This document shows, piece after piece, positions 58,618 to 64,000 of a stretch of 64,000 nt of DNA. The DNA comes from an uncultured Acidimicrobiia bacterium (GTDB taxonomy: Bacteria; Actinomycetota; Acidimicrobiia; Acidimicrobiales; Ilumatobacteraceae). The stretch's first letter is position 1, and each line of letters begins with the position of its first letter. Where the stretch lies: the NCBI GenBank assembly GCA_963749315.1, contig CAVVMS010000007.1, positions 18,153-82,152 of the forward strand, given 5' to 3'. Both the position numbers and the translations under genes were made by a program. The notes under the pieces were generated by a model, which was not told the origin of the DNA, did not search any database, and saw only the letters and a list, made by a program, of their open reading frames with translations.

Positions 58618-58866
58618 ATGGACAGCAAAGACCCGGACATCGTCAGGAAGGGTGTCGGTGTCGGCGCCGGCATGCTCGGCGCCCTCGTCGCCCGCCAGGT
58701 CATCCACCGGTTCCGGGTCCGCCAAGGAAAGGCCGGCCAGCGCCCGGGCAAGGTGGAGGCGATGCTGTGGACCTCGCTCGTCGCCGCCGGCGCGTCGCTC
58801 GGGCGCTCCGCTGCACAACGCGCCGTCAGCACCGCGTACGCGCGCCGCCAGGCGCGGGCGGTCTGA
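58618..58866 (+). CDS. Hypothetical small membrane-associated protein
   Basis: ORF 58618..58866. It has one hydrophobic stretch, GVGVGAGMLGALVARQV. Confidence 0.3.
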   Translation: MDSKDPDIVRKGVGVGAGMLGALVARQVIHRFRVRQGKAGQRPGKVEAMLWTSLVAAGASLGRSAAQRAVSTAYARRQARAV

Positions 58867-58868
58867 GC

Positions 58869-59123
58869 TCAGCCGGCGACGGAACGCAGGCGGCGCAGCG
58901 GGGGAACGGTCGCCGGCGGTTGCTTGCGCGGCGGCAGTGATCGGAGCAGCTCGGTCGTCGCCTCGGTGACCTTGCCGACGGCGAGCTCGAACGCTGCCTC
59001 CGTCGCCGCCGACACGGACTGCACGCCACTGACCTTGCGGACGTACTGGCGCGCGGCCGCCTCGATCTCCTCGGCGGTGGCTTCGGGCTGGAGGCCACGG
59101 AGCGTCGTGATGTTGCGGCACAT
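58869..59123 (-). CDS. DUF2277-family protein
   Basis: ORF 58869..59123. Contains MCRNITTLRGLQPEATAEEIEAAARQYVRKVSG, which is the characteristic N-terminus. Confidence 0.7.
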   Translation of the reverse strand: MCRNITTLRGLQPEATAEEIEAAARQYVRKVSGVQSVSAATEAAFELAVGKVTEATTELLRSLPPRKQPPATVPPLRRLRSVAG

Positions 59124-59172
59124 GACGTCATCCTACGAACCAGTCCGCACGGTGTTACCTTGCGCAGCCGGA

Positions 59173-61924
59173 ATGGACCTGACCCGTGAGGAGCAGCGGC
59201 TCCGCGACGCTCGCACGGGGGTGCCGTGGCGCTTCTGGGGTCCGTACCTCAGCGAGCGCCAGTGGGGGACCGTCCGCGAGGACTACAGCGACAACGGCGA
59301 CGCGTGGTCGTACTTCAGCCACGACCAGGCCCGATCGCGCGCCTACCGGTGGGGCGAGGACGGGTTGGCCGGGATCAGCGACGAGCAGCAGCGCCTGTGC
59401 TTCGCCCTGGCGCTCTGGAACGAGCAGGACGCGATCGTCAAGGAGCGCTTGTTCGGGCTCACCAACAGCGAGGGAAACCACGGCGAGGACGTCAAGGAGT
59501 ACTACTTCTTCGTCGACAACCTGCCGACCCACTCCTATCAGCGCTGGCAGTACAAGTACCCGCAGCGGCCCTACCCGTACGCCGACCTCGTCGAGACCAA
59601 CCGCGGTCGCTCACGCTTCGAGATGGAGTACGAGCTGCTCGACACGGGCGTCTTCGACGACGACCGCTACTTCGACGTCGAGGTCACCTACGCCAAGGCC
59701 GGCCCGCACGACCTGCTCTGTCGCATCGACGTGCACAACCGTGGGCCGGAGGACGCGCCGATCCACCTGCTCCCGACGCTGTGGTTCCGCAACACGTGGA
59801 CGTACCAGCCGCACACCGCCGAGCCGACGATCGAGCGCGTCGACGGCCGGACCGTCGTCCGCGCCGAGCACGACGAGCTCGGCGTCATGTACCTCTACGC
59901 GCCCGACGGTGCCGACCTGCTGTTCTGCGACAACGAGTCCAACGCCGCCCGCCTCTGGGGCCAGACGGACTCGCCGCCGTTCCCGAAGGACGGCATCGTC
60001 GATCACGTGGTGCACGGCACCCCGACCGTCAACCCGGCGGGGCGCGGCACCAAGGCAGCGGCTCACGTGCGTCTCGTCGTGCCGGCGGGCGGCTCGACCG
60101 GCACGTGGTTGCGGCTGACCAGCGAGGCGCCGGAGACGCTTGCCGATCCGTTCGCCGGCGCCGACGACGTGCGTCGCCGCGAAGCGCGCCGACGCCGACG
60201 AGTTCTACGCCGCGCTCACCCCGCCGGGGGTCTCCGACGACGCCGCGTCGGTGCTCCGTCAAGCGCTGGCCGGGATGCTGTGGTCGAAGCAGTCGTACTA
60301 CTTCGACGTCGACGTGTGGTTGCAAGAGCACCAATCGCACCCGATGCGACACCCGCAGCGTCGGGGGGTCCGCAACGAGGCGTGGTTCCACATGATCAAC
60401 CACGACGTGATCTCGATGCCCGACACGTGGGAGTACCCGTGGTACGCGGCCTGGGACCTCGCCTTCCACTGCCTGCCGCTCGCCATGGTCGACCCCGACT
60501 TCGCCCAGTCGCAACTCGACCTGATGCTCTCCCAGGTGTACCTCCACCCGACCGGCCAGATCCCCGCCTACGAGTGGAACTTCGGCGACGTCAACCCGCC
60601 GGTGCACGCCTTCGCCACGCTCTTCATGTACAGCCTGTCCGGGCACCTGGGAGAGGTCGACCTCCCGTTCCTCCGGCAGTCCTTCACGCGCCTGCTCCTC
60701 AACTTCACGTGGTGGGTGAACCGCAAGGACCCGGCCGGCAAGAACGTGTTCGAGGGCGGGTTCCTCGGCCTCGACAACATCGGCGTCTTCGACCGCAGCG
60801 CCGCGCTGCCGACGGGTGGCCGGCTGGAGCAGGCGGACGGGACGGGGTGGATGGCGCTGTTCAGCCAGAACATGCTCGAGCTGGCACTGGCGCTCGTCGA
60901 CGACGACCCCGACTACGCCGACTTCGTCTTCAAGTTCGTCGAGCACTTCTTCTGGATCGCCGCCGCCGTCGATCCGATCGGCGACCACCCCGACGAGATG
61001 TGGGACGACGAGGACGGCTTCTTCTACGACGTGCTGCGCCGACCGGACGGCACCGGCGAGCGGCTCAAGGTGCGCTCGCTCGTCGGATTGCTCCCGCTCT
61101 GCGCGACCACCGTGATCGAGGAGGACGTGTTGCGGCGCTATCCCGAGCTGGCCGCTCGCGTGCGCAGCTACCTCGAGCGCAACCACGACCTGCTCGTCAA
61201 CATCGCCGATCCGCTCGTGCCCGGCGTGAAGGGTCGGCGGCTGCTGTCGCTGGTCAACGAGGAGAAGCTGCGCCGGATGCTGACGCGGATGCTCGACGAG
61301 GACCGCTTCCTCGGGCCGCACGGCATCCGTTCGATCTCGCGCATCCACCTCGACGAGCCCTACGAGGTCGTCGTCGACGGCGTCACGTACCGCGTGCAGT
61401 ACGAGCCGGCCGAGTCGACGACGGGGATGTTCGGAGGCAACTCCAACTGGCGCGGGCCGGTGTGGTTCCCGGTGAACCTGCTCATCATCCGCGCCCTGAT
61501 CCAGCACTACCGCTACTACGGCGACGACTTCACCATCGAGTGCCCCACCGGCTCGGGCGTGCAGATGACGTTGTTCGAGGTCGCCCGCGAGCTCGCCAGG
61601 CGGCTGACGGCGACGTTCTTGCGCGACACCGACGGGCGGCGACCGGTGTACGGCGGCACCGAGCGCTTCCAGAACGATCCGCACTGGCGCGACCTGATCC
61701 TGTTCTACGAGTACTTCCACGGCGACAACGGAGCCGGCCTCGGCGCGTCGCACCAGACGGGCTGGACCGGGCTCGTCGCTCCACTCATCCAGCTCTTCGG
61801 GCACCTCGAGGCGAGCGACGTGCTGGACCGCGAGCGGCCGTTCTCCAGCCCGTTCCGCCGGGTCACCGGTGAGTCGATCGCGCCGGTCGCCACGGCACGG
61901 GAGGCGCGCGGAGTCCATCCGTGA
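59173..61924 (+). CDS. Large GH63-like (MGH1/glucosidase-like, (alpha/alpha)6-barrel) glycoside hydrolase; one frame change near 60165
   Basis: [39 protein letters not shown]... (frame of ORF 58924..) joins ORF 60140..61924 ([14 protein letters not shown]...[15 protein letters not shown]...[15 protein letters not shown]). Confidence 0.7.
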
Positions 61925-63349
61925 GGCTGCCCGCCAACCCGTTGGTGCACGAGATCTTCACGTGGGTGTGGCTGCACGACATCTCCGCGAGCGCCGGCCG
62001 GGCGGTCACCCTTGGCGACGTGCCCGACGATGTGTGGGACGAGGTCGCCGGCAGCGGTGTCGACGCCGTCTGGCTGATGGGCGTGTGGGAGCGCAGCCCG
62101 GCCGGCGCAGCGATCGCCCGCACCCACCCGGCGATGTCAGCGGCGCAGCGGGAGGCGCTGCCGGATGTGACGGACGACGACGTGGTCGGGTCCGCCTATT
62201 GCATCCGCAACTACCGTGTCGACGATCATCTCGGGGGCCCGGCCGGCCTCGCTGCCGCTCGCCAGGCGCTGGCGTCCAGGGGCGTCGGGTTGATCCTCGA
62301 CTTCGTCCCCAACCACGTCGCGCCCGACCACCCGTGGGTCGACGAGCACCCGGAGTACTTCGTGCGCGAGGACGACGGCACCATCGCCCTCGGCCGCGAT
62401 CCCTACTTCCCGCCGTGGCCCGAGGTGTTGCAGCTCGACGCCTCGCTGCCCGCCGTGCGTCACGCCGCCACCGAGGTCGTCACGTGGATCGCCGAACAGT
62501 GCGACGGCGTCCGCTGCGACATGGCGATGCTCGTGCTCGACGACGTCTTCGTGCGCACGTGGGGCGACCGGGCACTCGGCGGTCCGTCGCCGGAAGGCGG
62601 CCGTGGCTACTGGCCGACCGTGATCGGTGCCGTCCGTGCGGCCCACCCCGGCTTCACGTTCTGGGCCGAGGCGTACTGGGACCTCGAGCCGGTGCTCGTC
62701 GCCCAGGGCTTCGACGCCTGCTACGACAAGCGGCTGTACGACCGGCTCGTCCACGGTGAGCCGGCGGGAGCCGTGCGCGACCACCTGCGCGCCGACCCGG
62801 CGTACCAGGCCCACACCGTGCGCTTCGTCGAGAACCACGACGAGCCCCGGCTCGCCGCCGTGCTGACGCCACCACGTGACCGTGCCGCGGCCACCGTGGC
62901 CATGACGCTGCCCGGCGTCGCGCTGCTGCACGAGGGGCAGTCGGACGGGCGGCGCTGTCCGCGTGCCCGTGACGCTCGGTCGGCGGCCCGCCGAGCCCAC
63001 CGACGGCGAACGCAGCGAGTGGTACGGCCGGTTGCTGGCGGCCATCGGCGGCGGCCTGCGCCGCGGTGCGTGGGCCCTGGTCGACGTCGATGGCTGGCCG
63101 GACAACCGCTCGTGCGAGCAGCTCGTGGCGTGGACGTGGTCGTCACCGGACGCGACCCACCTCGTCGTCGTCAACCTCGGGGAGGGCCGAGCGGACGGGC
63201 TCGTCCGGCTGCCGGCGGTCCGCGGCGGCCCGCTCACGATGGTCGACGTGCTCAGCGGGGAGCGCTTCGAGCGCGATGGCGGGGCGATCGGCCGTGACGG
63301 GCTGTACGTCGCGTTGCCCGGCTACGGCGTCCACGTCCTGGGTTGGTGA
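61921..63349 (+). CDS. GH13 alpha-amylase-family glycosyl hydrolase; one frame change near 62955
   Basis: ORF 61921..63297 (VDAVWLMGVWE...GLILDFVPNHVAPDHPW...DGVRCDMA...FVENHDEP) joins ORF 62963..63349. The GTG overlaps the upstream stop. Confidence 0.75.
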
Positions 63350-63391
63350 CGTCGACGGCAGCGCCTCGCCAGTCGCGATAGACATGGCCGG

Positions 63392-63982
63392 GTGTCGGAC
63401 CTGGTGACCGACCACGGCAGCACGCGGCTCGCCGGGACGACGCGGAGCACGGCCCACTTCGGTGTCATCGTCTTCCTGGCGTCGGACGTGATGCTGTTCG
63501 CACCGTTCTTCGCCGCCTACTTCCTGCTGCGGGCGAACAACCCACCGTGGCCGCCGCCGGGGGTCGAGCTCGACGTACCACGGGCGGCCCTGGCCACGCT
63601 CGTGCTCCTCGTGTCGTCGTTCACGCTGACCGCCTCCGATCGGGCGGGCGAGCGGCCTGGCGGGGGCGCGGCCATGCGCCGTTGGCTGCTCGTCACGATG
63701 GCGCTCGGGGCGCTGTTCCTCGCCAACCAGATCGCCGAGTACCGGGCGCTGGAGTTCGGTGCCGACGACCATCCGTACGGCTCGGTGTACTGGTTGCTGA
63801 CCGGGCTCCACGGCGCCCACGTGGCGGCCGGGATCGGTGCGATGGTCCTGCTGTTCGCCCGCTCGACCCGCGCCCGCGATCCCGAGGCGCTGGCGCCGTG
63901 GGCGGGCGGGATCTCGCTGTTCTGGCACCTCGTCGACGCGATCTGGATCCTCGTCTTCTCGACGATCTGGCTGATCCAGTGA
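63392..63982 (+). CDS. ctaE: Cytochrome c oxidase (aa3-type) subunit III
   Basis: ORF 63392..63982. Contains FGVIVFLASDVMLFAPFFAAYF...YWLLTGLHGAHV...FWHLVDAIWILVFSTIW. Confidence 0.85.
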   Translation: MSDLVTDHGSTRLAGTTRSTAHFGVIVFLASDVMLFAPFFAAYFLLRANNPPWPPPGVELDVPRAALATLVLLVSSFTLTASDRAGERPGGGAAMRRWLLVTMALGALFLANQIAEYRALEFGADDHPYGSVYWLLTGLHGAHVAAGIGAMVLLFARSTRARDPEALAPWAGGISLFWHLVDAIWILVFSTIWLIQ

Positions 63983-64000
63983 AAGCGCTGCTGGCGATCC

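Noticed and set aside
1-64000. rRNA, tRNA, tmRNA, prophage, defence-system (restriction-modification, CBASS, toxin-antitoxin, retron) or biosynthetic (PKS/NRPS) genes
   Set aside because: I scanned the translations and intergenic regions by eye and found no cloverleaf-like segments, no nuclease, methylase or RT motifs, and no KS, A or C domains. An eye scan can miss small RNAs. tRNAscan-SE, Infernal and DefenseFinder would settle this.

Overview
High-GC (about 70%), densely coding window with gene content typical of Actinomycetota. I recognise about 57 protein genes and no rRNA, tRNA, CRISPR array, transposase or integrase. Layout: (i) 1-22 kb is a Wzx/Wzy-type surface-glycan locus. It holds an ATP-grasp gene, a deacetylase, GT8-like, GT2 and GT4 transferases, a WbpB/WbpD-like plus PglD-like/DegT/SDR amino-sugar module, a Wzx flippase, a Wzz/BY-kinase-like protein and an O-antigen-ligase-family protein. 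A tandem array of three near-identical secreted DUF1996-type genes interrupts it at 12.4-16.7 kb. (ii) 22-33 kb holds an orphan PAS-HisKA_3 kinase, a hydrolase, a GNAT, an AMP-forming acyl-CoA ligase convergent with a large GNAT/ADP-forming-ACS (Pat-like) gene, an RCK K+ channel, a tandem USP, a NarL-type response regulator and two PNPOx-family genes. (iii) 33-37.5 kb is a Liv-type branched-chain amino-acid ABC transporter. (iv) 38.8-44.6 kb holds the protocatechuate branch genes pcaHGBDC plus CMD, ADH and thioesterase genes. (v) 44.6-51 kb holds tatA, membrane proteins, a PLP decarboxylase and a large FtsX-type permease. (vi) 51-56.4 kb holds a leucine/ketone-body-like set (carboxyltransferase beta, HMG-CoA lyase, acetoacetyl-CoA synthetase) and a pirin. 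(vii) 56.4-64 kb holds panE, a LysR regulator, small ORFs, a GH63-like/GH13-like pair and ctaE. Two window-wide points. Roughly half of the genes need one or more reading-frame changes to give the full-length homologue; this looks more like assembly indels than decay, but I cannot prove that from the sequence alone. At least three families of short intergenic repeat or hairpin elements occur at gene ends. The most unusual content is the DUF1996 array with its visible duplication junction. I could run no searches, so all product calls come from motif recognition in the supplied translations and my own hand translations.
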